Origin: Betaproteobacteria bacterium RBG_16_66_20
GTDB taxonomy: Bacteria > Pseudomonadota > Gammaproteobacteria > Burkholderiales > SG8-39
Reading direction: 5' to 3'
Assembly (NCBI GenBank): GCA_001770285.1
Contig: MEQQ01000084.1
Span: forward strand, 1 to 53,914
Length of the DNA: 53,914 nucleotides
A program made the position numbers and the translations under genes. Every line of letters starts with the position of its first letter. Within the stretch, counting starts at the first letter, position 1. This document shows positions 1 to 10,542 of the stretch, piece by piece. Below the pieces are notes generated by a model. The model saw only the letters and a program-made list of their open reading frames with translations, did no database searches and was not told where the DNA came from.

Positions 1-1800
1 CCCGAGGATCAGGCCGACCAGCACCGGTATCGCCACCGGAAGGAGCGACGGAATCATCATTTCCTTGATCGCGGCCTTGGTGAGCATATCCACCGCGGTG
101 CCGTACTCGGGCTTGGCGGTGCCTTGCATGATGCCCGGGATTTCCTTGAACTGGCGCCGTACCTCGACCACCACTGCGCCTGCGGCGCGCCCCACCGCCT
201 CCATCGCCATCGAAGCGAAAAGGAACGGCACCATGCCGCCGATCAGGAGGCCGATCACGACCATGTGATTGGAGAGGTCGAAGGAGATCGATTTGCCGGC
301 GGCTTCCAGGGCGTGCGTGTAGTCGGCGAACAGCACCAGCGCGGCGAGACCCGCCGAGCCGATGGCGTAGCCCTTGGTGACCGCCTTGGTGGTGTTGCCG
401 ACCGCGTCCAGCGGGTCGGTGATGGCGCGCACCGAGTCGGGCAGGTCGGCCATTTCGGCGATGCCGCCGGCGTTGTCCGTGATCGGGCCGTAGGCGTCCA
501 GCGCGACGATGATGCCCGCCATCGAAAGCATCGAGGTGGCCGCGATCGCGATGCCGTACAGGCCTGCAAGGGCGTAGGACGCGAAGATCGCCACGCACAC
601 CGCCATCACCGGCCAGGCAGTGGATTTCATCGACACACCGAGGCCGGCGATGATGTTGGTGGCGTGGCCGGTGACGCTGGCCGCCGCAACGTGCTGCACC
701 GGCTTGTATTGGGTGCCGGTGTAGTACTCGGTGATCCAGACCAGGAACCCGGTCAGCGCCATGCCGACCACCGCGGTGCCGTAGAGGTGGGCGACGCTGA
801 TCATCTTCTTCTGCGCGCCGATTTCGAAGGGCACGTTGGCGACGATCTCGCCCATCATCCACTGCGTGATCGGCCAGAACGCGATCAGCGCGATGCCGCC
901 CGCCCAGGCAAGGCCCTTGTAGAGCGCCGGCATGACGTTCTTCTCGCCGGGACTGGCCTTGACGAACCAGGTACCGACGATCGAGGCGATGATCGCAAAA
1001 CCACCGATCGCGAGCGGATAGATCACCGCATTGGCGCTCGAGGTCTTCACCATCAGCGCGCCGAGCAGCATCGTCGCGATGATCGTGACCGCGTAGGTCT
1101 CGAACAGGTCGGCTGCCATGCCGGCGCAATCACCGACGTTGTCGCCGACATTGTCCGCTATGACTGCCGGGTTGCGCGGATCGTCCTCGGGAATTCCGGC
1201 TTCCACCTTGCCGACCAGGTCGGCGCCGACGTCGGCGCCCTTGGTGAAGATGCCGCCGCCCAGCCGCGCGAAGATCGAAATCAGGGAGCCGCCGAAGCCC
1301 AGTCCGATGAGCGGGTGGATGATGTGCGCGAGGTCGGTCTTGTCGTGCGCATTGGCGTACAGGAAGGCGAAGTAGCCGGCGACGCCGAGCAGCGCGAGGC
1401 CCACCACCAGCATGCCGGTGATCGCGCCGCCGCGAAACGCGATGCTGAGCGCTTCATTCAGGCCGGTCCGCGCGGCCTCGGCGGTGCGCACGTTGGCCCG
1501 CACCGAGACGTTCATGCCGATGTAGCCGGTCGCCCCGGAGAGCAGCGCGCCGATCACGAACCCCGCGGCCGTGTAGCCGTCGAGGAAAAAGCCGATCAGC
1601 ACCGTCAGCACCAGACCGACCATGCCGATCGTCATGTACTGGCGATTGAGGTAAGCGCTGGCGCCTTCGCGCACCGCGGCGGCGATCTCGCGCATGCGCT
1701 CGTTGCCTTCGGGCTGCGCGAGGATCCACTGGATCGAAACAACGCCGTACAGGATTGCGATCGCGGCGCACGCGAGCGCGAAGATGACGCCTCCGGACAT
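1..1800 (-). CDS. hppA: Membrane-bound H+-translocating pyrophosphatase, 3'-truncated by the window edge
   Basis: The minus-strand frame is open from position 1 to the ATG at 1800-1798 (exactly 600 codons). My translation starts [20 protein letters not shown]. Positions 1260-1081 read [60 protein letters not shown], the hallmark of membrane pyrophosphatases. A GGGGGA Shine-Dalgarno lies just upstream. It is absent from the ORF track because it runs off the window. Confidence 0.9.
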   Translation of the reverse strand, partial: MSGGVIFALACAAIAILYGVVSIQWILAQPEGNERMREIAAAVREGASAYLNRQYMTIGMVGLVLTVLIGFFLDGYTAAGFVIGALLSGATGYIGMNVSVRANVRTAEAARTGLNEALSIAFRGGAITGMLVVGLALLGVAGYFAFLYANAHDKTDLAHIIHPLIGLGFGGSLISIFARLGGGIFTKGADVGADLVGKVEAGIPEDDPRNPAVIADNVGDNVGDCAGMAADLFETYAVTIIATMLLGALMVKTSSANAVIYPLAIGGFAIIASIVGTWFVKASPGEKNVMPALYKGLAWAGGIALIAFWPITQWMMGEIVANVPFEIGAQKKMISVAHLYGTAVVGMALTGFLVWITEYYTGTQYKPVQHVAAASVTGHATNIIAGLGVSMKSTAWPVMAVCVAIFASYALAGLYGIAIAATSMLSMAGIIVALDAYGPITDNAGGIAEMADLPDSVRAITDPLDAVGNTTKAVTKGYAIGSAGLAALVLFADYTHALEAAGKSISFDLSNHMVVIGLLIGGMVPFLFASMAMEAVGRAAGAVVVEVRRQFKEIPGIMQGTAKPEYGTAVDMLTKAAIKEMMIPSLLPVAIPVLVGLILG

Positions 1801-1831
1801 GCTTATTCCCCCTAAAAGAGCGGGAATTTTA

Positions 1832-3233
<1,402 letters not shown>

Positions 3234-3265
3234 AACGTCTCCGCCCCCCTTCGGATCCCCCCGGC

Positions 3266-3448
3266 TCAGGCGACCTCCTCCTCAGGCGGCAGCTTGCGCG
3301 CGTCCTCCTCGAGCATCACCGGAATGCCGTCCTTGACCGGGAAGCCGAGGCGGTCGGCCTTGCAGACGAGTTCGGCGGCCTCCTGGCGGTGCCGCAGCGG
3401 GCCCTTGCAGATCGGGCAGACCAGGATTTCAAGCAGCTTTGGATCCAC
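3266..3448 (-). CDS. ycaR: Trm112/UPF0434 family small zinc-ribbon protein
   Basis: The 60-aa product [18 protein letters not shown]...[18 protein letters not shown] is a typical YcaR/Trm112 sequence. It sits in the conserved lpxK-ycaR-kdsB position. Confidence 0.85.
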   Translation of the reverse strand: MDPKLLEILVCPICKGPLRHRQEAAELVCKADRLGFPVKDGIPVMLEEDARKLPPEEEVA

Positions 3449-4409
3449 TCAGTTTCTCCAGCAGCCAGCGGCCGAACGCGGGATCGAGCGAGGCGTTCAC
3501 CGGAAACACCCAGTGGTTCGCCTGAGCGAAGCGCTTGCATTTTACCGCGTCCTTTTCGGTCATCACGACCGGCGCTTCGTCGCCGAAATCGAGCTCGCCG
3601 GCGCGGAACGGGTGGTGGTCCGGAAACGGATGCGGAACGGGCTTGAGGCCGAAACGCGCGAGCTGCAGGAAGAAGCGCTTCGGGTCGCCGATTCCCGCCA
3701 CCGCGTGCACCTTCTGCCCGGCGAAGGACTTTGCCGGGCGAACATCGCGCGCATCCAGCATGCGAACGAAGCTGTCGCCCTCAAGCTTCATTTGATACCC
3801 GTTCAGGCCCGCGGCCCCGTGCGCCACCACGGCGTCGACGGAGCGCAGGCGCGAGGGCGGCTCGCGCAGCGGCCCGGCTGGCAGCAGAAAGCCGTTGCCG
3901 AAACCGCGCCCGTCGACCACGCAGATCTCGACATCGCGCGCAAGCGCGTAGTGCTGCAGGCCGTCGTCGGTCACGATCACGTCGCATTCCGGATGCTTCT
4001 CGCGCAGCGCCCGGCAGGCGGCGCTGCGCTCGGGCGCCACCCAGACCGGGCAGCCGCTGCGGCGCGCGAGCAGGATCGGCTCATCGCCGACCTCCGCCGG
4101 ATCGGATGCGATGTTCGCCTCGCGCGCCCCGCCGCCCTTTGCCGCCATCGCACCGCCGTACCCGCGCGAGACGATGCCGGGCTTCCAGCGGTGCTCCTTG
4201 AGCAGAGCGACGATCCAGAGCACCAGCGGCGTCTTGCCGCTGCCGCCGGCAATGAGGTTGCCGACCACGATTACCGGGATGCCGGCTTTATGGCTTTTGA
4301 ATAGATGGAATCTGAAAAACAGACGTCTGAATAAAACCGCAATTCCGAACAGCAGGCTCGCCGGCCACAGCAGCCAGGCGACGGCGCCGCGGCGGCTCCA
4401 GTGCTTCAC
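3429..4409 (-). CDS. lpxK: Tetraacyldisaccharide 4'-kinase
   Basis: The 326-aa product has an N-terminal TM segment followed by [18 protein letters not shown] (the LpxK P-loop). It starts with GTG at 4409 and overlaps the exbD stop by 1 nt. Confidence 0.9.
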   Translation of the reverse strand: MKHWSRRGAVAWLLWPASLLFGIAVLFRRLFFRFHLFKSHKAGIPVIVVGNLIAGGSGKTPLVLWIVALLKEHRWKPGIVSRGYGGAMAAKGGGAREANIASDPAEVGDEPILLARRSGCPVWVAPERSAACRALREKHPECDVIVTDDGLQHYALARDVEICVVDGRGFGNGFLLPAGPLREPPSRLRSVDAVVAHGAAGLNGYQMKLEGDSFVRMLDARDVRPAKSFAGQKVHAVAGIGDPKRFFLQLARFGLKPVPHPFPDHHPFRAGELDFGDEAPVVMTEKDAVKCKRFAQANHWVFPVNASLDPAFGRWLLEKLSGSKAA

Positions 4410-4825
4410 TACTTGGCGGACTGCGTGGTGAAGGTGATTTGCGACAGGCCGGCGACGCGCGAGGCTTCCATCACCCGGATCACCGACTGGTGGGTGGCGG
4501 TGGCGTCGGCGCTGATGATCACGACCGGCTCGCGCAGGCCTGCGCCGGCGCGGCGCAGCTCGCCCGCGAGCTGCTCGATGCTCGCGAACTCGACCGGCAG
4601 CTTGTTGATCACGTACTGGCCCTTCGCGTTCACCAGCACGCTCACCTCGCCGGGGCGCTCGAGCTGCTTTTCGGCGTCCGCGGTGGGCAGGTTGATCTGC
4701 AGTTCGGTGTACTTCGAGTAGGTGGTGGTGATCATGAGGAAGATAAGAATCACCATCATGACGTCGATCAGGGGCACGAGGTTGATCTCGGGCTCCTCCT
4801 TGTAGCGGCCACGCTGGAAGTTCAT
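4409..4825 (-). CDS. exbD: Biopolymer transport protein, ExbD/TolR family
   Basis: The start is reassigned to the ATG at 4825 within track ORF 4409..5425. The product reads MNFQRGRYKEEPEINLVPLIDVMMVILIFLMITT..., the ExbD/TolR signature. The upstream part of the long ORF is an Arg/Gly-rich shadow overlapping exbB. Confidence 0.85.
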   Translation of the reverse strand: MNFQRGRYKEEPEINLVPLIDVMMVILIFLMITTTYSKYTELQINLPTADAEKQLERPGEVSVLVNAKGQYVINKLPVEFASIEQLAGELRRAGAGLREPVVIISADATATHQSVIRVMEASRVAGLSQITFTTQSAK

Positions 4826-4833
4826 TGCCGCAG

Positions 4834-5460
4834 CTATGGCTTCGAGGCCTGGTAGCCCTCGCGCTCGCCGTGCACGATGTCGATCAGTTTCGAGGCCGCC
4901 TGTTCCATTTGCACCACGAAGCCATCGACCTTGTTCTTGAAGTGGCGGTAGAAGATCAGCGAGGGAATCGAGATCGCGATGCCGGCCGCGGTGTTGTAGA
5001 GCGCGATCGAGATGCCGTGGGCGAGTTGCTGCGGGTTGGTGCCCCCCGGGGCCTGCGAGCCGAAAATCTCGATCATGCCCACCACGGTGCCGAACAGGCC
5101 CAGCAGCGGCGCGGCGGTGGCGATGGTGCCGAGCGTAGTGAGGAAGCGCTCCAGATTGTGCGCCGTGGCGCGCCCCGCCTCCTCGATCGCCTCCTTCATC
5201 ACGTGCCGCGGGCTTTTCTCGTTCCGCATGCCCGCCGCCAGCACTTCGCCCAGCGGCGAATCCTTGGCGAGCTTGTCGAGGATGTCGGCGGTCAAGCCCT
5301 GGCGCGCGTAGACCGAAGTCACCTGCTCCAGCAGGGTCGGGGGGACGATCTTCACTTCGCGCAAGGTAACCGAGCGCTCGATGATCAGGGCTACCGCGAT
5401 GATCGAGGTGAGCAGCAGCGGCCAAATCGGCCAGCCTGCGGCCTGGATGATGGCAAACAA
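4834..5460 (-). CDS. exbB: MotA/TolQ/ExbB proton-channel family protein
   Basis: Track ORF 4834..5574. The recognisable ExbB sequence starts at LFAIIQAAGWPIWPLLLTSIIAVALIIERS. A TTG at 5460 is preceded by AAGGA with a 7-nt spacer. The conserved TIATAAPLLGLFGTVVGMI motif is present. The alternative start at 5574 would run across the DnaA-box cluster. Confidence 0.8.
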   Translation of the reverse strand: MFAIIQAAGWPIWPLLLTSIIAVALIIERSVTLREVKIVPPTLLEQVTSVYARQGLTADILDKLAKDSPLGEVLAAGMRNEKSPRHVMKEAIEEAGRATAHNLERFLTTLGTIATAAPLLGLFGTVVGMIEIFGSQAPGGTNPQQLAHGISIALYNTAAGIAISIPSLIFYRHFKNKVDGFVVQMEQAASKLIDIVHGEREGYQASKP

Positions 5461-5564
5461 GTTGTTATCCTTTGAAACGCAGATACATTTTTGTGCGCGC
5501 ACTTTAGCCAAACCGCATCGCAGCGGCAACTTCAGAAGCGGCTTTGCCGATTGTCCCGCGCCCG

Positions 5565-5599
5565 ATATCCACAAAAGATGTGGATAAGTTTGTGGATTA
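5565..5599. promoter_or_regulatory. Cluster of three DnaA-box-like 9-mers (a fourth lies at 5756-5764)
   Basis: ATATCCACA (5565-5573) matches TTATCCACA at 8/9. TGTGGATAA (5579-5587) is a perfect reverse complement of the consensus. TGTGGATTA (5591-5599) matches at 8/9. An identical TGTGGATTA recurs at 5756-5764, 20 nt upstream of the xseA ATG. Confidence 0.5.
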
Positions 5600-5783
5600 T
5601 CCCTGAACAGCGATTCCCGTGAGCCTAGCGAAGCGCCCGAAGACGGTTGCGATTAAATTTTCAGCAGTCCTTTTCACCTTCGAAACAGTGCGTTACGCAT
5701 AAGAATCGGCCTCCGCAAGGCTTCCCTACGGCAGCGCGAGGCGGGCCGGCGCAGGTGTGGATTAGTGTAGTCTCGGCGCCGCC

Positions 5784-6992
5784 ATGGAACTTGACTTTTC
5801 CCCTGCCGGCGCGCCGGTCCTGAGCGTCTCCCAGCTGGTCCGGAGCGCCCGCGACATGCTCGAGCGGCGATTCCCGCTGCAATGGATCGCGGGCGAGATA
5901 TCGAACCTGCGCCCGGCTTCCTCGGGACACCTGTATTTCACGATCAAGGACGAAGCAGCGCAGGTCGACTGCGTCATGTTCAAGAGCCGCGCCGCGACGC
6001 TCGACTGGGAGCCGGCCGAGGGCCTTCGGGTCGAGGTCCGCGCCCTGGTGACGCTCTACGAGCCGCGCGGGCGCTTCCAGCTGAACGTGGAAACCATGCG
6101 CCGCGCCGGGCTCGGGCCACTTTATGAGCGCTTCCTCAAGCTCAAGGACAAGCTCGGGCGCGAGGGTCTGTTCGATCCGGACATCAAGCGCCGGATCCCG
6201 GAGCATCCCCGGCAGATTGGGGTCGTAACCTCGCTTGCCGCGGCTGCGCTGCGCGATGTCCTGACCACACTGCGGCGCCGCAATGCGTCGATCCCGGTCA
6301 TCGTCTATCCCGCTCCGGTGCAAGGCGAGGGCGCGGCGGCGAAGCTGGCGCAGGTCCTGGCAGCCGCCAATGCGCGCGCCGAATGCGACGTGCTGCTGCT
6401 CGTGCGCGGCGGCGGCTCGATCGAGGACCTGTGGCAGTTCAATGAGGAAGTGCTCGCTCGCGCGATCCGTGCCTCCAGGATCCCGGTGGTGGTAGGCGTC
6501 GGCCACGAAACCGACTTCACCATCGCCGATTTCGCCGCCGATGAGCGGGCCCCGACGCCCACGGCCGCCGCCGAGCTGGTCAGCCCTTCGCTGCAGGCCC
6601 TTGTGTCGCGGCTGGCAGACTTCGCGCTGCGCCTCGCGAGGGAAACCGGCAGGAAGATCGAGTACGCGATGCAGGCCGTGGACGCGCTCTCCCGCCGCCT
6701 GGTGCACCCGGCCGAGCGGCTGCGCACCTCGCGCCAGCACCTCGCGCACCTCGCCGCGCGGCTGGCGGCGGCAACCGCGCAGCAGTTCAATGAAATCCGC
6801 AGGCGACTGGACATCGTGCGCGCCAAGCTCGAGAGCCTGGGCCACGATGCAGTTCTCGCGCGCGGCTACAGCCTGACCCTGAACTCGCGCAGGGAAATCC
6901 TGCGTGACGCCACTGCGGTTGCCCTGGGAGAGCGCATCGTCACTACACTCGCCAAAGGGGAGATCGAAAGCGAAGTGAAAAAACGGGGCTAG
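5784..6992 (+). CDS. xseA: Exodeoxyribonuclease VII large subunit
   Basis: The 402-aa product has LSVSQLVRSARDMLERRFPLQWIAGEISNLRPASSGHLYFTIKDEAAQVDCVMF (OB-fold N-terminus) followed by IGVVTS...RGGGSIEDLW, typical of XseA. Confidence 0.9.
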   Translation: MELDFSPAGAPVLSVSQLVRSARDMLERRFPLQWIAGEISNLRPASSGHLYFTIKDEAAQVDCVMFKSRAATLDWEPAEGLRVEVRALVTLYEPRGRFQLNVETMRRAGLGPLYERFLKLKDKLGREGLFDPDIKRRIPEHPRQIGVVTSLAAAALRDVLTTLRRRNASIPVIVYPAPVQGEGAAAKLAQVLAAANARAECDVLLLVRGGGSIEDLWQFNEEVLARAIRASRIPVVVGVGHETDFTIADFAADERAPTPTAAAELVSPSLQALVSRLADFALRLARETGRKIEYAMQAVDALSRRLVHPAERLRTSRQHLAHLAARLAAATAQQFNEIRRRLDIVRAKLESLGHDAVLARGYSLTLNSRREILRDATAVALGERIVTTLAKGEIESEVKKRG

Positions 6993-6997
6993 GCGCG

Positions 6998-7528
6998 GTG
7001 GGTAAGGCACGCGTCCGCAGCTTCGCTCCGATCGCGGAGCGTAACGCCCGGGTGCTGATCCTCGGCAGCATGCCCGGACGCGCATCGCTCGAGGCCGGCC
7101 AGTACTACGCCCATCGGCACAACGCCTTCTGGCGCATCGCCGCGGACCTGCTGCAGTTCGACCGGGGCGCACCCTACCGCACAAGGGCGAAGGCGCTGCG
7201 CTCGGCACGCATCGCAGTCTGGGACGTGCTCCGCTCCTGCGTCAGACCGGGCAGCATGGATGCAATGATCGATCGCGACTCCGAAGTGGCGAACGATTTT
7301 CGGAAATTCTTTCGCACACATCGAGGCATCACGCATGTATTCTTCAACGGTGCGAAAGCGGAAGCGAGCTTCAGGCGGCATGTGCTGCCGGAAATCGACG
7401 CGACGCTCCGCTACCAGCGCCTGCCATCCACCAGTCCGGCGAACGCTTCCGTGCCCTTCGCAAGCAAGCGCCGCGCCTGGCGGGCGATACTGACAGCCGG
7501 CCGCCGCCACAGGAGAAGCCGCAAATGA
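6998..7528 (+). CDS. DNA-deoxyinosine (hypoxanthine) glycosylase-like protein, uracil-DNA-glycosylase superfamily
   Basis: The 176-aa product starts with GTG. ARVLILGSMPGRASLEAGQYYAHRHNAFWRI resembles the hypoxanthine-DNA glycosylase family as I recall it. It follows xseA by 5 nt and overlaps the next gene with ATGA. Confidence 0.65.
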   Translation: MGKARVRSFAPIAERNARVLILGSMPGRASLEAGQYYAHRHNAFWRIAADLLQFDRGAPYRTRAKALRSARIAVWDVLRSCVRPGSMDAMIDRDSEVANDFRKFFRTHRGITHVFFNGAKAEASFRRHVLPEIDATLRYQRLPSTSPANASVPFASKRRAWRAILTAGRRHRRSRK

Positions 7529-7881
7529 GCACTGCCGCAAACATCGCGATCGGATTCGTTGCCCTGCTGCACGCCTATTTTCTGGTCCTCGAGATGTTTC
7601 TTTGGGACAAGCGGTTCGGCATGCGCACCTTCAGGCTGACGCCGGAGTTCGCGGCGGCGTCGAAGGGGCTGGCGGCGAATCAGGGGCTGTACAACGGCTT
7701 TCTGGTCGCCGGGCTGGTGTGGGGCCTCGCCCTAGGTACCGCGGGAATCGACGTCAAGGTGTTCTTTCTCGCCTGCGTCATCATCGCGGGGCTGTTCGGC
7801 GGCGCCACGGTGAACCGCAATATCCTGTTCGTGCAGGCGGTCCCCGGCATCATCGCGCTCGCCCTGTTGCTGGCGACGTGA
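7525..7881 (+). CDS. DUF1304-family small membrane protein
   Basis: The 118-aa product has four hydrophobic helices. LLHAYFLVLEMFLWDK...AANQGLYNGFLVAGL is typical of DUF1304. Confidence 0.7.
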   Translation: MSTAANIAIGFVALLHAYFLVLEMFLWDKRFGMRTFRLTPEFAAASKGLAANQGLYNGFLVAGLVWGLALGTAGIDVKVFFLACVIIAGLFGGATVNRNILFVQAVPGIIALALLLAT

Positions 7882-7904
7882 CGCCGGCGGAGACCGTCTG
7901 ACGG

Positions 7905-8315
7905 CTAGCGCGCGCGCAACAGGCGCGAAGTGCGGCCGATATCCTTGGGCTTGACCCAGAAGATCATGCCGTAGCGGCCGTTGCCGGCGGTAATGGCGCT
8001 GAGCGCGACGAGGTTGATTTTCTTCGACGCGAGTTTGCCGAGGACGCCGGTGAGCGCGCCGACACGATCGCTGCCGCGGACCAGGAACACGGTCTTCCTC
8101 TTGGAAACGCGCAGCCCGGCCTTGTTCGCCGCCTGGCGGAACTTGGCGCTGTTCTGGGGAATGAAGTCCACCTGGGCGCCGCCACCGCTTGGAAATCCGG
8201 TAAAGGCAAGCAGGTTCACTCCCGCGGCCTTCATGGCGGCGAGCAGCTTGGCGCCGGCCCCCGGTCGCTGCGAGACTTTCATCGTGTAGTAATCGGCTCT
8301 GCTGATGCTTGCCAT
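7905..8315 (-). CDS. Hypothetical protein, possibly a tandem ACT-like fold
   Basis: The 136-aa ORF has two similar halves (...GAGAKLLAAMKAAGVNLLAF... and ...GALTGVLGKLASKKINLVAL...). I recognise no specific family. Confidence 0.5.
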   Translation of the reverse strand: MASISRADYYTMKVSQRPGAGAKLLAAMKAAGVNLLAFTGFPSGGGAQVDFIPQNSAKFRQAANKAGLRVSKRKTVFLVRGSDRVGALTGVLGKLASKKINLVALSAITAGNGRYGMIFWVKPKDIGRTSRLLRAR

Positions 8316-8386
8316 ATGGTTGCTCCTTGGGTAAGGCCTGCGAGCCTATAATTCTGCGCTTCTTGAGAGAGGATGGCACGCTCGTC

Positions 8387-8944
8387 ATGGGCAACCGGCT
8401 GTCGAAGATCGCGACCCGCACCGGCGACAAGGGGGATACCGGCCTTGGCGACGGCAGCCGCGTGGCGAAGGATTCCGCGCGCATCCGGGCGCTGGGCGAC
8501 ATCGACGAGCTCAATTCTTCGATCGGGGTCCTGCTCGCCGAGAAAGTTCCCGCCGGGCCGAGGGCGGCGCTGCTGCAGGTGCAGCACGACCTGTTCGATC
8601 TCGGCGGCGAGGTCTGCATTCCCGGCCACGCCATGATCAGCGAGGCCCAGGTGCTGCAGCTGGACGCGCTGCTCGAGACCTACAACAGGCGCTTGCCCCC
8701 GCTCAAGGAATTCATCCTGCCGGGCGGCACCCGGGCCGCCGCCCTCGCGCACCTCTCGCGCACCGTCTGCCGGCGCGCCGAGAGGAGCCTGGTTGCGCTC
8801 GGCCGCGCCGAGCCGGTCGGCGAGCGGGCGCGCCAGTACCTGAACCGGCTCTCCGACCTGCTGTTCGTCCTCGGACGCACGCTCAACCGCGCCGGCAAGC
8901 GCGGCGACGTGCTCTGGCGCCACGAGCGCAAGAAGAAGTCCTGA
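8387..8944 (+). CDS. ATP:cob(I)alamin adenosyltransferase, PduO type
   Basis: The start is moved to the ATG at 8387. The product reads MGNRLSKIATRTGDKGDTGL...GDIDELNS...LQHDLFDLG...LPGG, the classic PduO-type signature. Confidence 0.85.
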   Translation: MGNRLSKIATRTGDKGDTGLGDGSRVAKDSARIRALGDIDELNSSIGVLLAEKVPAGPRAALLQVQHDLFDLGGEVCIPGHAMISEAQVLQLDALLETYNRRLPPLKEFILPGGTRAAALAHLSRTVCRRAERSLVALGRAEPVGERARQYLNRLSDLLFVLGRTLNRAGKRGDVLWRHERKKKS

Positions 8945-8959
8945 GACTAGAATTCGATC

Positions 8960-9691
8960 ATGTCCTCTCGCCCGCGCGCGCAGCCTGCCTCGATCCGCGC
9001 GCTCATCTTCGATGTCTTCGGCACGGTCGTGGACTGGCGCGGCTCGATCATCCGCGAGTGCACAGCGCTCGGCCGCCGGAGAAGGCTCGCCGCTGACTGG
9101 CCGGCATTCACCGACGCCTGGCGCGCCGGGTACCGGCCGGCGATGGCGCGCGTGCGATCGGGCGAGCTGCCGTGGATGACGATCGACCAGCTGCACCGCA
9201 CGATCCTCGATGAGCTGCTGCCGCGCTTCGAAATCGAAGGGCTCACCGAGGACGAGATCGACCACCTCAACCGCGTCTGGCACCGGCTCGAACCATGGCC
9301 CGACGCGCGGCGCGGGCTGGCGCTGCTCAAGCGCCGCCGCGTCGTCGCGACGCTCTCGAACGGCAACATGGCGCTGCTGGTCAACATGGCCAAGCACGCG
9401 CGCCTGCCCTGGGATTGCGTGCTCTCGGCGGAGCTTTTCCACCACTACAAGCCGGATCCCGAAAGCTACCTCGGCGCCGCGGCGATGCTCGGATTCGAGC
9501 CGGCCGAGGTGATGATGGTCGCCGCGCACAAGGACGACCTGCGCGCGGCGCAGGCCTGCGGCCTTGCCACCGCCTTCGTGCGCCGAGCGCGCGAGAAAGG
9601 ACCGAAAGTGAAGCTCGACCTGACGCCCGATCCGGCCTTCGACTGCAACGCCAGGGATTTCGTCGACCTCGCCCGGAGGATGGCGCGATGA
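8960..9691 (+). CDS. HAD-superfamily hydrolase, haloacid dehalogenase type II-like
   Basis: IRALIFDVFGTVVDWRG is the DxFGT HAD motif I. TLSNGN and HKDDLRAAQACG match the later HAD motifs. Confidence 0.8.
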   Translation: MSSRPRAQPASIRALIFDVFGTVVDWRGSIIRECTALGRRRRLAADWPAFTDAWRAGYRPAMARVRSGELPWMTIDQLHRTILDELLPRFEIEGLTEDEIDHLNRVWHRLEPWPDARRGLALLKRRRVVATLSNGNMALLVNMAKHARLPWDCVLSAELFHHYKPDPESYLGAAAMLGFEPAEVMMVAAHKDDLRAAQACGLATAFVRRAREKGPKVKLDLTPDPAFDCNARDFVDLARRMAR

Positions 9692-9701
9692 ATTCACCAC
9701 C

Positions 9702-10133
9702 ATGACCGCGCGCGATTCCGCCCCGGACAAGACCACGCACCACCGCGTCCTGATCGTCGACGACGAAGAGTCGATGCGGCTATATCTCGCCCGGATCCTC
9801 GCCACCGTGCTCAAGGTCGAGGTGACGCTCGCCGGCACCTGCGAGCAGGCGCTGCGTCTGGCGCGCAATTACGCCTACGACGCGATCCTGCTCGACCTTT
9901 TGATGCCGGGCGTCGGCGGCTTCGAGGTGCTGAGGGAGATCCGCCGCGCCTCGCCCAACATCGCGACGCCGGTGATCATCGTCTCGGTGCTTTCGGACCA
10001 GGCGACGCGGGACCGCTGCATGCGATTGGGCGCCAACGCCTACGTGGTCAAGCCGATCGAGCGCAACTCGCTGGTCGCCACGGTGAAAGCGCAGATGGCC
10101 GGCCGCAGCAAACCGAAAACCCGGGGGAAATGA
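9702..10133 (+). CDS. Single-domain response regulator (receiver only)
   Basis: RVLIVDDEESMR...DAILLDLLMPGVGGFEVLREIR...VVKPI. The 143-aa product has no output domain. Confidence 0.85.
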   Translation: MTARDSAPDKTTHHRVLIVDDEESMRLYLARILATVLKVEVTLAGTCEQALRLARNYAYDAILLDLLMPGVGGFEVLREIRRASPNIATPVIIVSVLSDQATRDRCMRLGANAYVVKPIERNSLVATVKAQMAGRSKPKTRGK

Positions 10134-10522
10134 CCGTGGCGGAGATCAAGATCCAGAACGTCGAGGCGCTCGGCAAGCCCCTCGGTCAATACTCCCACAT
10201 GGCGCGCGTCGCGGGATCCAGGGAGACGCTCTACATCGCGGGGATGCTCGCCGCGGGGGACGATTTCGATGCGCAGTGCAGCGGCGTGTTCAGGCAGATC
10301 GAAAGCGCGCTCAAATCCGCGGGCGCGGGCTGGGACAATGTGGTGCAATTCACCACCTACCTGGTGCACTCGCAGGACATTCCCAGGTTCATGGCCTGGC
10401 GCCTGCGTGAATTCCCGAAGTTGTTTGCCGACGGCAAGTACCCGCCGAACACGCTGCTGATCATCGACCGGCTGGTCGGCGAGCAATACCTGATCGAGGT
10501 GCAGACCATCGCCGCCCTCTAG
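10130..10522 (+). CDS. RidA/YjgF/endoribonuclease L-PSP family protein
   Basis: The 130-aa product has GKPLGQYSHMARVAGSRETLYIAGMLA... and a C-terminal LIEVQTIAAL. It overlaps the response regulator gene with ATGA. Confidence 0.8.
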   Translation: MTVAEIKIQNVEALGKPLGQYSHMARVAGSRETLYIAGMLAAGDDFDAQCSGVFRQIESALKSAGAGWDNVVQFTTYLVHSQDIPRFMAWRLREFPKLFADGKYPPNTLLIIDRLVGEQYLIEVQTIAAL

Positions 10523-10542
10523 GCGCGGCAAAGGCCTTACGC

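Noticed and set aside
124-1815. 563-aa plus-strand ORF covering the start of the window
   Set aside because: It is the antisense shadow of hppA in a high-GC genome. The translation is Arg/Gly/Asp/His-rich low complexity with no recognisable domain. The minus strand encodes an unmistakable pyrophosphatase.
4834-5574. 246-aa form of exbB starting at 5574
   Set aside because: The extra 38 residues (MWISGAGQSAKPLLKLPLRCGLAKVRAQKCICVSKDNN) are unlike ExbB/TolQ N-termini and would begin inside the DnaA-box cluster. The TTG at 5460 with an AAGGA Shine-Dalgarno gives a canonical N-terminus. This remains uncertain.
5565-5764. Chromosomal replication origin (oriC)
   Set aside because: DnaA boxes are present. 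However, there are no flanking dnaA/dnaN/gidA/parAB genes, no clear tandem AT-rich 13-mer unwinding element, and only ~200 bp of spacer. I report it as a DnaA-box cluster, not as oriC.
5661-7208. 515-aa minus-strand ORF opposite xseA. Similar long shadows occur at 8279..9868(-), 29840..31132(+), 32148..34277(+), 35557..37167(+), 37106..38347(+), 41150..42541(+), 46159..47484(+), 48969..49892(-) and 51399..52796(-)
   Set aside because: All lie antisense to genes with strong family signatures, have low-complexity Arg/Ala/Gly/Pro-rich translations and no motifs. Such ORFs are expected in ~67% GC DNA.
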